Source: Candidatus Terrybacteria bacterium RIFCSPHIGHO2_01_FULL_43_35 (lineage in GTDB: Bacteria > Patescibacteriota > Minisyncoccia > Terrybacterales > GWB1-40-14). Taken from it: a stretch of 64,000 nt of DNA. Below, piece by piece: positions 30,701 through 39,767 of the stretch (within the stretch, counting starts at the first letter, position 1; every line of letters starts with the position of its first letter). The stretch covers positions 85,093 to 149,092 of the forward strand of contig MHSR01000013.1 of the NCBI GenBank assembly GCA_001822815.1, written 5' to 3'. The position numbers and the translations under genes are program-made. The notes beneath the pieces are model-generated. The model worked only from the letters and a program-made list of their open reading frames with translations, was not told where the DNA came from and made no database searches.

Positions 30701-31363
30701 TTAAGCTTCTGCATTCAATGCGGCCATATCGGGTACTCCGCCAGTCTCTTCCTTCTCTGGATTATACAGGCCCCAAATTAGTTCTATTAGTTCTTCGGTG
30801 GTAAGCATGGTTGACCTAGAGCCCAAACCGCGCAAGCCTTGTTCAACAAATTCTACCCGTTGCACAAGTTGATTGCGAAACTCGTGGAATTTTGCGGCAT
30901 CTATAAAAAACTCTTTTCTGGACGCGGGCAGTAAGGTGGATTTAATACTGCCCAAGGGGCCGGTGTCTTTGGCCGCCGCGGCTTCAAGCGCAAAGGGCAC
31001 TATAACATAATAGGTTTTAGACATTATGGATACGGTTTCCACAAAAGAGCGTATGAATTCAATATATTCTTGGGTTTGGATCTTTAAGAGTTCATTTTCT
31101 TGGGCGGCCTCTAACTGCGAAAGAGTTGATAAATAGCCGGATATATTTAGGCGGCGCGAATGGACAAAAATCTGTAGATTAAAGTCCAGTGAGTTTAGAA
31201 AATTCTGGAAACCGTATATTATAGCCTCCTGTTCGTCTTGAGACTTCAGGCCAAAATTGGTTGCCGAAACCATTAAAATGGCTCGCAAAGAGCCGTCTTT
31301 TAACACAATGACATCGTCGCGTATTTGTTCAAATTGTAGGAAAGATTGAGTGGAAGAAGGCAT
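30701..31363 (-). CDS. T4SS-associated protein resembling the VirB4 N-terminal part
   Basis: TQ.F...QIRD.V..LKDG, NF.LKS..EQ.AI..FQ.FLNSL; between prgI and virB4. Confidence 0.75.
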   Translation of the reverse strand: MPSSTQSFLQFEQIRDDVIVLKDGSLRAILMVSATNFGLKSQDEQEAIIYGFQNFLNSLDFNLQIFVHSRRLNISGYLSTLSQLEAAQENELLKIQTQEYIEFIRSFVETVSIMSKTYYVIVPFALEAAAAKDTGPLGSIKSTLLPASRKEFFIDAAKFHEFRNQLVQRVEFVEQGLRGLGSRSTMLTTEELIELIWGLYNPEKEETGGVPDMAALNAEA

Positions 31364-31404
31364 ATGCCGTCGTTGCCCGCGAGCTCGCTCGCGGTTGCAA
31401 CGAC

Positions 31405-31453
31405 GTGCATCCTAAGGAGCGAAGCGACGAGGGACTACCTTAATAAAAAATTC
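31405..31453. repeat. 49-bp direct repeat, copy 1 (leader of the 30701-31363 gene)
   Basis: gtgcatcctaaggagcgaagcgacgagggactaccttaataaaaaattc; 47/49 identical to 31935-31983. Confidence 0.9.
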
Positions 31454-31479
31454 AAGTTTTTAGTTTTAATTTTAAAATT

Positions 31480-31899
31480 TTAGGATTTACGTACTTGAGT
31501 ATCTACATCTAGCGCCGTGGCCAACTCCTTTATTTTCTGCACGGTGAGTCCTTCGCCGCCAGCCCGCCTAGATGCGTCAAAAGGAGACTTTTTGTGTTCA
31601 CGTATCTTTATTCGCGGATTTTCTTTGTGCCATATATAGTTTTTTGGATTTACGGCAAATTTCAGCGCGGCAAATAAAAAAGTTCCGAAAGACCGCTCGT
31701 TGATTTTCACGAAAGCGAAGCAAACGCCAGCAACGACGCAAAAGAAAGCCAGCATTTTCCCAACAGGATTTTTTAACAAAACAAATAACAAAGCGGCAGA
31801 AATACCGGCCGTGCCCAAATCAATAGCCTGCCATAATGTCAGACCAGCCACAACCTTATCCTGCACGTCAATAAATTTTGGAACTTTAGCTTGCGCCAT
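31480..31899 (-). CDS. prgI: PrgI family protein (VirB3-like)
   Basis: VP.FIDV.DK...LT..Q, 2 TM, F.KIN.R.F, PK.Y.W.K. Confidence 0.85.
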   Translation of the reverse strand: MAQAKVPKFIDVQDKVVAGLTLWQAIDLGTAGISAALLFVLLKNPVGKMLAFFCVVAGVCFAFVKINERSFGTFLFAALKFAVNPKNYIWHKENPRIKIREHKKSPFDASRRAGGEGLTVQKIKELATALDVDTQVRKS

Positions 31900-31934
31900 G
31901 GTTGCTCCCGAGCAACGCGAGGGAATGCAACCAT

Positions 31935-31983
31935 GTGCATCCCGAGGAGCGAAGCGACGAGGGACTACCTTAATAAAAAATTC
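31935..31983. repeat. 49-bp direct repeat, copy 2 (leader of prgI)
   Basis: Near-identical to 31405-31453. Confidence 0.9.
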
Positions 31984-32651
31984 TATAAGCTCGGCTTGTT
32001 GCCCACATCTTTCAGATTAACCGTATTACCTTCTAACTGCGGTCCGGAGTTGTCAATTTGGGGAGGCGCGGGGGGCGTTAGAGTAACGTGCGGCACATCG
32101 GGCTGTGGAGAATAAAAGCTTTTTGTTGGGGGCGGTGCGCCGCTTATTTGTTCCGTGGGCGGCGATGATGGCTTCGTGTAAAGAGCGTCTATTGATGCGT
32201 TTGGCATTGGCGGCAACGGCACACCCGCAGGCCGTGTTGATGGTGGTGGGAGCGGAGGCGACACTGGCGCGGGTTTTGTTTGTTGGGTCCGCGCCTCAAC
32301 CGATGTTTTTTGAACTGACGACGCGCCTGACGAAGTTATGCCATATAAAGAGATCAACTCTGATTTTACCGGTTGGAAAACCGCGGACGATATCTCTAAA
32401 GCCAAGGCTTTAGCCATTTCAATATTAAGATGTTCGGTTTCAACTATATTTCTTACCAAAAGATTTGGATGCAGTTCGCCAAGTAATACCATGCCCACAA
32501 GTCCGGAATATACGTAAACACGTTCTTCAACACCATGCCTTTGACACGCCGCGTAAATATCGTCGCCGGTTTTTGGAGCAAGCAAAATATCTTTGACCCG
32601 TTTGGGCAAGCGATGATATAACAATTGAAATGATGTGGTTGAAGTTTCCAT
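31983..32651 (-). CDS. Hypothetical protein with Pro-rich tail
   Basis: Y..LP..VKD, G.VLLG.L.P, GN.V.LK end; in the T4SS operon. Confidence 0.7.
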   Translation of the reverse strand: METSTTSFQLLYHRLPKRVKDILLAPKTGDDIYAACQRHGVEERVYVYSGLVGMVLLGELHPNLLVRNIVETEHLNIEMAKALALEISSAVFQPVKSELISLYGITSSGASSVQKTSVEARTQQTKPAPVSPPLPPPSTRPAGVPLPPMPNASIDALYTKPSSPPTEQISGAPPPTKSFYSPQPDVPHVTLTPPAPPQIDNSGPQLEGNTVNLKDVGNKPSL

Positions 32652-32656
32652 AATTT

Positions 32657-34702
32657 TTATTTATTCTCTTCTTCCTGCCGTTTTGTCAGTCTTTCTAAAT
32701 GGTCAGCGGCCTCATTCGGCGTTCTGAGCTGTTTTACGGGTCCAGCTTTTACGGCCTCAACTATTCTGCCGCCAACTTTATTGAGTTGCGACTGCAATAA
32801 TTGCGTATCAAAACCGGCTCCGGCTATGGCGGGATTCCTAACTAGATAGTCAAATGTTGGCGCATTGGCTTTGTAGGCTCTGGCCAGGTATTCCTCGTTC
32901 TCTGAAAGCTTTTTTATGGCAGCGATTAGTTGTGGTGTAGCATGTCCTGCATCCACCATTTGGCCGATTCCATTGCCAGTTATTCTGGTCATTAACACCT
33001 CAGCAAATTCAGAAGCCCCAGTGATATTACCGGCTGCGTCTTTTTCAATGAGCGCATTTCCTGGGATTTGCCTTGCGTTAGCAGGAGCGGCCAGGTTATA
33101 ACTGCCAGGACGAGCCTCCATCATCTTTTCATAGGCGACCATGCGACTCTTTTTATCTGTGGTATCAACTCCATAAAACGGACTTGTTCTATCCTTACTT
33201 AAGAGTTCTAAAGCCAAAGCTGGGTTTGCCCCCACAATAGAGCCTTCTTTTCCAATCTTCCTCAGATAACCGAACGAATTCGTAAAGTCGTCACCCCTTA
33301 AGGGTCTTTTTTCGGCTAAGGCAATTAAGGCACCGGCTTTTTCGCGTCGGTCCGTCATACTGCTTAAGCGATTCTCGATACTCTGAACAGCGCGAGGTCC
33401 AAGAGAAGCCTCTTTTCTGTATTTTTCCGCATGTTCTCCCACGGCCGCTTCATCGGCTCGCATGCCGCCGCGCAATGGAGCAGAAATCGCTCCTCCAAAA
33501 ACCGGGATGCGCTCAATGCGTCCAGCGACGCCAGACCTTAGGCCATAAGTTCTATCCTTAATTTCTCTTCCCACTCCCCTACGCACAGCTCTTGCGCCGG
33601 CAATGGTCGGAGCGGCTACGAGGCCCGTGACCAAGCCTGCGGCAACTCCTCCGGCTTGGCCAGACATCTTTTTTGAAATAGCCATGCCTTGCGATAAGAA
33701 AATAAAGACCGTGATAAACTGCAATATATTTTTACCCACAAGCAGAAGCGGAGTTATGGCTTCATTGGTTAGGGTGTAATTGGTTGCGGCAACAAATATT
33801 TTGGTGTCGGGATCGTTCAGATAAGATACCAGCCATGTTGTAAGCCAAATAAAGAACGTGCCGAATACGCCAAACAGTGACCAGGTAATCAATTGATTCA
33901 TCCAATCTTGGAAGAAGCCCTTAGTTCTAGGCAGGACAAGTGAGATCATGGCTAAGGGCGAAACTATAAGAATGGTCCACAAGATGACAATGCGCATCAC
34001 AAAAAGTATGGCCAAAAACAATAGCAGGAAAAAGGTTGCGGCCGCAAATACTATTGAGAACATCAGGTTTGCTACTTTCAGCCAAGTGCCGGGTATCTGC
34101 GCCCCGGAAGGCGTATTTATTTGTAAATCCCCTACCCGCAAAGCGCTGGCCAATACCTCGCCGATGTTCTTGTTGGTGCCAAAGCCGTTGGCAATGAAAA
34201 AGCCCATGATGACGTTAGCGAAGTTTATAACCATCGCGCCCAAAAACAAACTGAAGTTTACCAATATGGCGGCTATCAGGAACTGCGGCATCAGCTTCCT
34301 TAAATTATAGTCCGGAAGACCAAGTATAGTGCCGAAAGCGATCACAACCAAAATAAACGCAAAAAACATGTTCACTAAATCTCTAACCACGCCCCAGCCA
34401 GTGCGCACCATGTCGTTGTCAAAGTAGCCCATGTAGCGGTTAACATCTACAACCACGAAAGTTAGCAGAGCGCCCGCAAGTGTTACAAACCAAATAAATA
34501 TTTCCAATATTAATCCTAAAATGAAAGCGATTATCTGGCCTATTAAATCGCAAAGGTCAACGCCGATAGGGCCTACGCCAATAAAACATTGGGCAGAAGC
34601 CGCTTGAGGGGCCAAAACACCGCCGGCAATAACCAAAATCAACAACATTACTGCCATTTTGCCCCTATTAAATTTTATTTTTTTAAATGACGTTGAGTGC
34701 AT
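32657..34702 (-). CDS. VirB6/TrbL-like polytopic membrane protein
   Basis: GW..VRD.VNMFF, A.LVNFSL, R...LW......SPLA; long C-terminal tail. Confidence 0.75.
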   Translation of the reverse strand: MHSTSFKKIKFNRGKMAVMLLILVIAGGVLAPQAASAQCFIGVGPIGVDLCDLIGQIIAFILGLILEIFIWFVTLAGALLTFVVVDVNRYMGYFDNDMVRTGWGVVRDLVNMFFAFILVVIAFGTILGLPDYNLRKLMPQFLIAAILVNFSLFLGAMVINFANVIMGFFIANGFGTNKNIGEVLASALRVGDLQINTPSGAQIPGTWLKVANLMFSIVFAAATFFLLLFLAILFVMRIVILWTILIVSPLAMISLVLPRTKGFFQDWMNQLITWSLFGVFGTFFIWLTTWLVSYLNDPDTKIFVAATNYTLTNEAITPLLLVGKNILQFITVFIFLSQGMAISKKMSGQAGGVAAGLVTGLVAAPTIAGARAVRRGVGREIKDRTYGLRSGVAGRIERIPVFGGAISAPLRGGMRADEAAVGEHAEKYRKEASLGPRAVQSIENRLSSMTDRREKAGALIALAEKRPLRGDDFTNSFGYLRKIGKEGSIVGANPALALELLSKDRTSPFYGVDTTDKKSRMVAYEKMMEARPGSYNLAAPANARQIPGNALIEKDAAGNITGASEFAEVLMTRITGNGIGQMVDAGHATPQLIAAIKKLSENEEYLARAYKANAPTFDYLVRNPAIAGAGFDTQLLQSQLNKVGGRIVEAVKAGPVKQLRTPNEAADHLERLTKRQEEENK

Positions 34703-34706
34703 ATTT

Positions 34707-36518
34707 TTATCGACAGGCGCTTATATCAAAAGGATTAAAGATGCCTGTATCGGTAGCCTTTTGGATCATCCAAATTTTAATCACACATTGCCAGTCGGAA
34801 ATATTTGGATAATAAGTACTCGGATTGTTTATATCGTATCTTTTCGACTCATATAGTTCCAAAACTCTGTCAAACCAATCATTGGTAGAGAAATCCACAC
34901 CAATTTTGGGGTCGCCCAAATTATCATAAACATCTCTTCTCGGCCTGGTTGGAGCAAAATAATTGTAATCTTGAAGTTTATAATTATAACCCAGAGAAAC
35001 GGTCGGACTATCATCTTCAAAGGGAGCCGGCAGACCAGATCCGACACGATCTTCAACCGGGGCGGTACTTGCGGCGTCTGGCGAAATTAATCGTTGATCT
35101 GGAGCAGAACGGAATTTAGCACTCGGTTTTAACCATGCGTCTATTAGTGTGCAGAAATTTGTTCCGTCAGGGTTGGTGTTGCAAACACCCCGCGTGTTAT
35201 TTGCATTAGCGGGATTGGTTTCGCCGCTATTGCTGGCAACTCGATATCTGTCCAAGATTGTTTTTGGTGTGCCTTGTGGTTCGGCTTGAGGATCCAAATA
35301 AACAAAACCCTGTCCAGCCAGATCAAATTGCGCCTGTGTGGCCGCCTGCATTTTTTGCAGCAAAATTACCGCCGGAGAAATAACATACTCTGTATTCATA
35401 GCAAAGGAATTTGTATTCCAAAAGAACAGTCCAGGATCAACAGATCCTTGAGTGTCTGTGACGTAGAGATATTCTGGACGGAGTCCCTGTCCGGCAAGAT
35501 ACTCCAATTGCCGTACTTGTTTGGCTTCGTTTACAATTCTGTCTATCTGCGTCTTTGCTCCTTCACGCACGCTTTCCAAAGAATTTGCCGGCAGGGTCAT
35601 TTTTTGTAGCTCTTCAAAGCGGACGTCGTTTCTATTTACCAAGCTTTTATCAAGCGTCGGCAAGTTCATTAGCTGGCGTATAAGGATTTGTCCTTGTGCA
35701 GAGTTTATGTCTATGTCGTGGAGCTCTACATCCTTGGTCGCTGTTTCGATATTTTCTCCGCGAGTTATTTCAAATACGCGTTCGCAAATTGGCTTGACAC
35801 GATTAAAATTTTGGTCATCAAAAAGGCCGGCTATAAAAGGATCTTCGTTTTCTATTCCACTGCCATATTGATACCAATGACCATAGTGGTTCAATACGCC
35901 CAGTTCCTTTTTAAGATTTCTTAAATTTTCTATGCTTTCTGATGTTGAGTAAGGATTCTTTACTGCATAAGTACTTTTAGGATCGGCGCCATTGTTGCCA
36001 AACAAAAAGTCTTGTTGATCCCATATCAAATAGTTTATGTAGCAAGCCGCAAAAGCCCGCCCCCTGTTTACCGGCTCACCAAAAATGAACTCAAACGGAT
36101 CGTGTATTATTCGAGGCCCTTTTAGCGGTGATATCGTGGGGGCCGCGCCATTGCTTCCTGCGCCCTCGGCACCAGCAAGTTTTTTATCGGCAATGTCATA
36201 AGCCAAACCAAAATCTTGCAATTCCTTTAGCGACTCTTGATAAAGTTTGTTCACGTCTTCGCGCGCTTTCTCAATTTTGGTTAGCTCAAAAGAAGCGGTA
36301 AAGTCTTCTTGGCGGTTGGCCAAGGTATTAAAAAGGTCGGCCATGAAACTTTCAAGGCTTGTTTCAAATTTTGTTCCGGCATCCTGATTTACCACGTAAA
36401 CTGGAACAGCGGCGAGAGCAGGTCCCACACTTTCAAAAATAAAAATAAATATAAGCGTGGATAAGCCAAAAACACGCGTCAGGCGCGCAAGAATTTTATG
36501 GACTGCAGATTTTTTCAT
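34707..36518 (-). CDS. Large secreted hypothetical protein
   Basis: Signal ..PALA/AVPV after probable start MKKS (36518); ORF is open from 36623. Confidence 0.7.
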   Translation of the reverse strand: MKKSAVHKILARLTRVFGLSTLIFIFIFESVGPALAAVPVYVVNQDAGTKFETSLESFMADLFNTLANRQEDFTASFELTKIEKAREDVNKLYQESLKELQDFGLAYDIADKKLAGAEGAGSNGAAPTISPLKGPRIIHDPFEFIFGEPVNRGRAFAACYINYLIWDQQDFLFGNNGADPKSTYAVKNPYSTSESIENLRNLKKELGVLNHYGHWYQYGSGIENEDPFIAGLFDDQNFNRVKPICERVFEITRGENIETATKDVELHDIDINSAQGQILIRQLMNLPTLDKSLVNRNDVRFEELQKMTLPANSLESVREGAKTQIDRIVNEAKQVRQLEYLAGQGLRPEYLYVTDTQGSVDPGLFFWNTNSFAMNTEYVISPAVILLQKMQAATQAQFDLAGQGFVYLDPQAEPQGTPKTILDRYRVASNSGETNPANANNTRGVCNTNPDGTNFCTLIDAWLKPSAKFRSAPDQRLISPDAASTAPVEDRVGSGLPAPFEDDSPTVSLGYNYKLQDYNYFAPTRPRRDVYDNLGDPKIGVDFSTNDWFDRVLELYESKRYDINNPSTYYPNISDWQCVIKIWMIQKATDTGIFNPFDISACR

Positions 36519-36631
36519 GGGAACTGATTGGCGCGCAGAAATATTTTTCTGCGCGGCTCTGGAAATAAAAATTAAATTTATTTCTGCGAGACAGAGCAGC
36601 GGAGAAAAATTTGCCACCAACATCCAAGATT

Positions 36632-37399
36632 TTACGGAAGAACATCCGGTGGCAGATAGAAATTATACGTGTTTTCAAGGTTCTTGATTTCCGCAATGAT
36701 ACCCTCGGATTCCACGGCTATTTTTGAGTGTTCACCAGAATTCCATAAATTCAGCACATCTTCTGAATTTGAACCGGCGATATTTTTTAAGAACAAAATA
36801 TATTGCTTAATAAGCGCGAGGCTGTGTTCGTGAACTGCGGCGGCCTGCGAAGGAGGCGTTATGGCGCGGAGGGCTTGCAGTTGTCTTTCGTATTCGGAGA
36901 TAACTTCATTTAACGCCTCTTTTTGGCCCTTGGCCGCAAGGGCCAACGCTATTTTTATGGTGTCGGGATTATTGCCGCCAAAATCTATGGCCGAAGAGGC
37001 AACGAAGTATTCATAAAGTGAGCGAGCCGGTTCAGTTTTAGGTATCGGACTTTGAGTTTGCGGTTCCTGGTCGCCGGTTTGGGCCGTACCGTTCAGTATA
37101 GCGTCATCACTTTTGTTTAGGGCGTCCAGAAGGCCAGCCATAAAAGGTCTATATGTTCCCGGTATCGTGTTTTGTGGGTGCGTAGCGTTTTGGTTTGGCG
37201 CGTCAAACACCGATGTCAAAAAACTTGAAATAGACAAACCACCTTTCGGCTTCATTATAACACCGCTAGGATTTTTTGCTGATGTGGATAAGTGGCTTAT
37301 GGGAAAACTATTTCCAAAAGCAAAAAATCCCGCAAGCAACGGGATAGTTATAACCAGCAGGAGCTTGAGAAACCGATATAAAAAGACGCCTTTTAGCAT
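36632..37399 (-). CDS. Membrane-anchored hypothetical protein (paralog group)
   Basis: N-terminal TM; helical L..I.PP..A...H segment resembling 37644-38579. Confidence 0.7.
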   Translation of the reverse strand: MLKGVFLYRFLKLLLVITIPLLAGFFAFGNSFPISHLSTSAKNPSGVIMKPKGGLSISSFLTSVFDAPNQNATHPQNTIPGTYRPFMAGLLDALNKSDDAILNGTAQTGDQEPQTQSPIPKTEPARSLYEYFVASSAIDFGGNNPDTIKIALALAAKGQKEALNEVISEYERQLQALRAITPPSQAAAVHEHSLALIKQYILFLKNIAGSNSEDVLNLWNSGEHSKIAVESEGIIAEIKNLENTYNFYLPPDVLP

Positions 37400-37411
37400 A
37401 TTAAGTACTTA

Positions 37412-37640
37412 GCGAAAAGCGTAAAGCGCAAAACGTAAAATGCGGTTTCAAATTGACCTAATTACTCTAATTGATCTAAACAACGTCTAATGCCAAAATT
37501 TCTAAACGCGCATTTTGGTCATTGGTGCTTGGATATTGGGGCTTGCTTAGGTCAATTAGAAATTAGAATAATTAGAAATTTACAGCGGTTTTTAACTTTA
37601 CACTGTTATTTTACGTCTTTCGCTTTAAATTTTACATTTA
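37412..37640. repeat. Nested AT-rich heptamer-periodic inverted repeats
   Basis: gcttaggtcaattagaaattagaataattagaaatt is the reverse complement of 30315-30350 with few changes. Confidence 0.65.
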
Positions 37641-37643
37641 TTG

Positions 37644-38579
37644 TCATGGCGCCGGCTGTTGTTCTCCGCTGGTTGGGGGGTTTTGAACTGCTGGTGGATT
37701 ATATTTTTCCTCCAGGCCTAAACGTATTCTTTCCAAAGCATAACCTTGTTGGACCAAGTCCCCTCCCCAGCGCACGTCACGCATAAGTTTTACCGGATCG
37801 GTATTAATTTCATACAGGTCGGCGAAAAGCTCCCGCAGACCTTTGAACAAACCAAGATAGCCCTTTTGGAGATCAACGGCTTCCTTGGGCGTCTGCAGGT
37901 TGCGGATATGTTGTTCGGTTTCGTTTATGCCGGCCAACACTTTTTCTACCACGTCCGCTTTTTGTTCCTGCACCACGCTTTGGGCAATGTCAAAATAAGA
38001 CGCAGTTTCGGCAGGAAGCTGGATAGTTGAAAATTCTTTAAGGTAATTTTTTACCGCGTCGGTACCATCGGCCGCGGATATATTTATGTCGCGGTCGGAT
38101 ATTTCAGGCAGGATAAAAGCATCCATCTTTTTTTCAGTCAAGAATTTTTCTATCTGTTTTTCGTCAAGCCGCGGATCATTGTCTCCGGTTTTGGTCTGGA
38201 GCCAGGAAAAATATTGGACAGTTAAGTTAGAGGCAAGTTTTGTATTTTCATCGACGCGCGCACGGCCAGACAGTGTGGGGTCATAACCATTTTTAACCTC
38301 ATCACCATCTTTGTATCTGTCGCCGTCGGTGTCTGGATTATTGGGATTCGTTCCGTAAATTAATTCCTTGGCGTCGGATAAGCCATCGCCATCTTCATCG
38401 TGTAAAAAAGAAGCCGCCGAACCAATGGCCGGCTGGTTTACGGGCGAGTTTGAAAATATGGAGGCTTTGAGATTGCGCACAAAATTGCCGTGCCAAAAAG
38501 CCGAGCCGCCATATATGGCCAAGCCCAACATTAAGAGATAAAAACCAGGTTTTATTAATTTACGAAAAAAGCGGCGCAT
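37644..38579 (-). CDS. Membrane-anchored protein with DxDGDG Ca-binding (TSP3-like) repeats
   Basis: DEDGDGLSDAKE..YGTNPNNPDTDGD. Confidence 0.8.
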   Translation of the reverse strand: MRRFFRKLIKPGFYLLMLGLAIYGGSAFWHGNFVRNLKASIFSNSPVNQPAIGSAASFLHDEDGDGLSDAKELIYGTNPNNPDTDGDRYKDGDEVKNGYDPTLSGRARVDENTKLASNLTVQYFSWLQTKTGDNDPRLDEKQIEKFLTEKKMDAFILPEISDRDINISAADGTDAVKNYLKEFSTIQLPAETASYFDIAQSVVQEQKADVVEKVLAGINETEQHIRNLQTPKEAVDLQKGYLGLFKGLRELFADLYEINTDPVKLMRDVRWGGDLVQQGYALERIRLGLEEKYNPPAVQNPPTSGEQQPAP

Positions 38580-38791
38580 ATTCTGTTTTAAGTATGGACC
38601 GCTTTAAATGTTTAGGCAAGCCGGGTAGTGATCCCGCCGTTGCGGGATTGATAACCTGACACGAGACTATTTTTGATTTTGGGCAAATAGGACAGCGTTT
38701 ATTTACAAAACAATAAATTTTGAGATAAAAAATCAGCAGTTTTTAAAAGCCGCCGCCTAACGCCACGGTATTTAAACTTTATATTCGTTGT

Positions 38792-39754
38792 TTAGAAAAG
38801 AGGCTTGGAAAAGTGGGGTGGATAAATATACATGTAAATAACATCCTCGTATTTTTCAAGAAATTCTTTGAGCCATTCGGCCTCTTTTACTAACATAACC
38901 GGATCATTTTGGCTAGCGTTGATTTCACTTAGTATGTCGTGCACGGTTTTGATGTAAGCAAGATCCCGTTCTTGGGTCATTCTTGCATAGCCTCGGGTAT
39001 TCTGCAGTGCGTTAAATGTCGCCTGCGCCGTAGTTATCATTTGTTCCAGTTGATACCGCTTATTTAGGTCTTCAAGGGAAATAATAAATAGATTTACATC
39101 GCCGCCGGCCTCATCGAGTTTTGTATTTGCCTCATAAATATAATTAACCAATTCCTCTGGCAGAGGCGCAGATGAATAGCGTTTTTCTAGATATTGGAAC
39201 AGCTCTTCATCTGACGGCGTAGTATTCTGTAATATTACCTTGGCGGACTCTTCAGCGCTTAGCTCTTGTAATATAACATGGTCAAGCCCTTTTTCCTTCA
39301 GAAAATCATCTACTTCTGTTTTGGTCAGGGTCAGATTATTCAAGGATGATTTTTGGCGTTTCCAGTCGTAAAACTGCACGGTTAAATTTGTAATCAATTT
39401 TGCATTATCTGATATGTTTCCGCCCTTAACCGCAGGATCTTTTCCTTGCGTTATGTCTTCGTAATCAGATATGCCATTTTGGTTAGTATCTTTATTTTCC
39501 GGATTGGTGCCATAAATTGATTCTTGATAATTCGTTAAACCATCGCCATCATCATCGCGGAACAAATCTGAGGATTGAAAACCCGCAGGTTTTTCCAGCT
39601 TCGGAGTTGGCGGCGCGGGTTGGTTATACGATGTTTGTTGTTGCGGGGCTTGATGTTTGTAATTAGGACTTAAAATAAAACTCACGGCAAAAACGCCTAA
39701 TAATATAAATATACTTATTAAGCCAATCTTTAATTTTTCAGGAAGTTGGAGCAT
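38792..39754 (-). CDS. Paralogous DxDGDG-repeat protein
   Basis: DDDGDGLTNYQE..YGTNP; shares NLTVQ and DPV.L...W with its neighbour. Confidence 0.8.
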   Translation of the reverse strand: MLQLPEKLKIGLISIFILLGVFAVSFILSPNYKHQAPQQQTSYNQPAPPTPKLEKPAGFQSSDLFRDDDGDGLTNYQESIYGTNPENKDTNQNGISDYEDITQGKDPAVKGGNISDNAKLITNLTVQFYDWKRQKSSLNNLTLTKTEVDDFLKEKGLDHVILQELSAEESAKVILQNTTPSDEELFQYLEKRYSSAPLPEELVNYIYEANTKLDEAGGDVNLFIISLEDLNKRYQLEQMITTAQATFNALQNTRGYARMTQERDLAYIKTVHDILSEINASQNDPVMLVKEAEWLKEFLEKYEDVIYMYIYPPHFSKPLF

Positions 39755-39767
39755 GGATTTTTCAGAA

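Noticed and set aside
37283-37291. Perfect DnaA box inside a CDS
   Set aside because: A single 9-mer is expected by chance at this window size.
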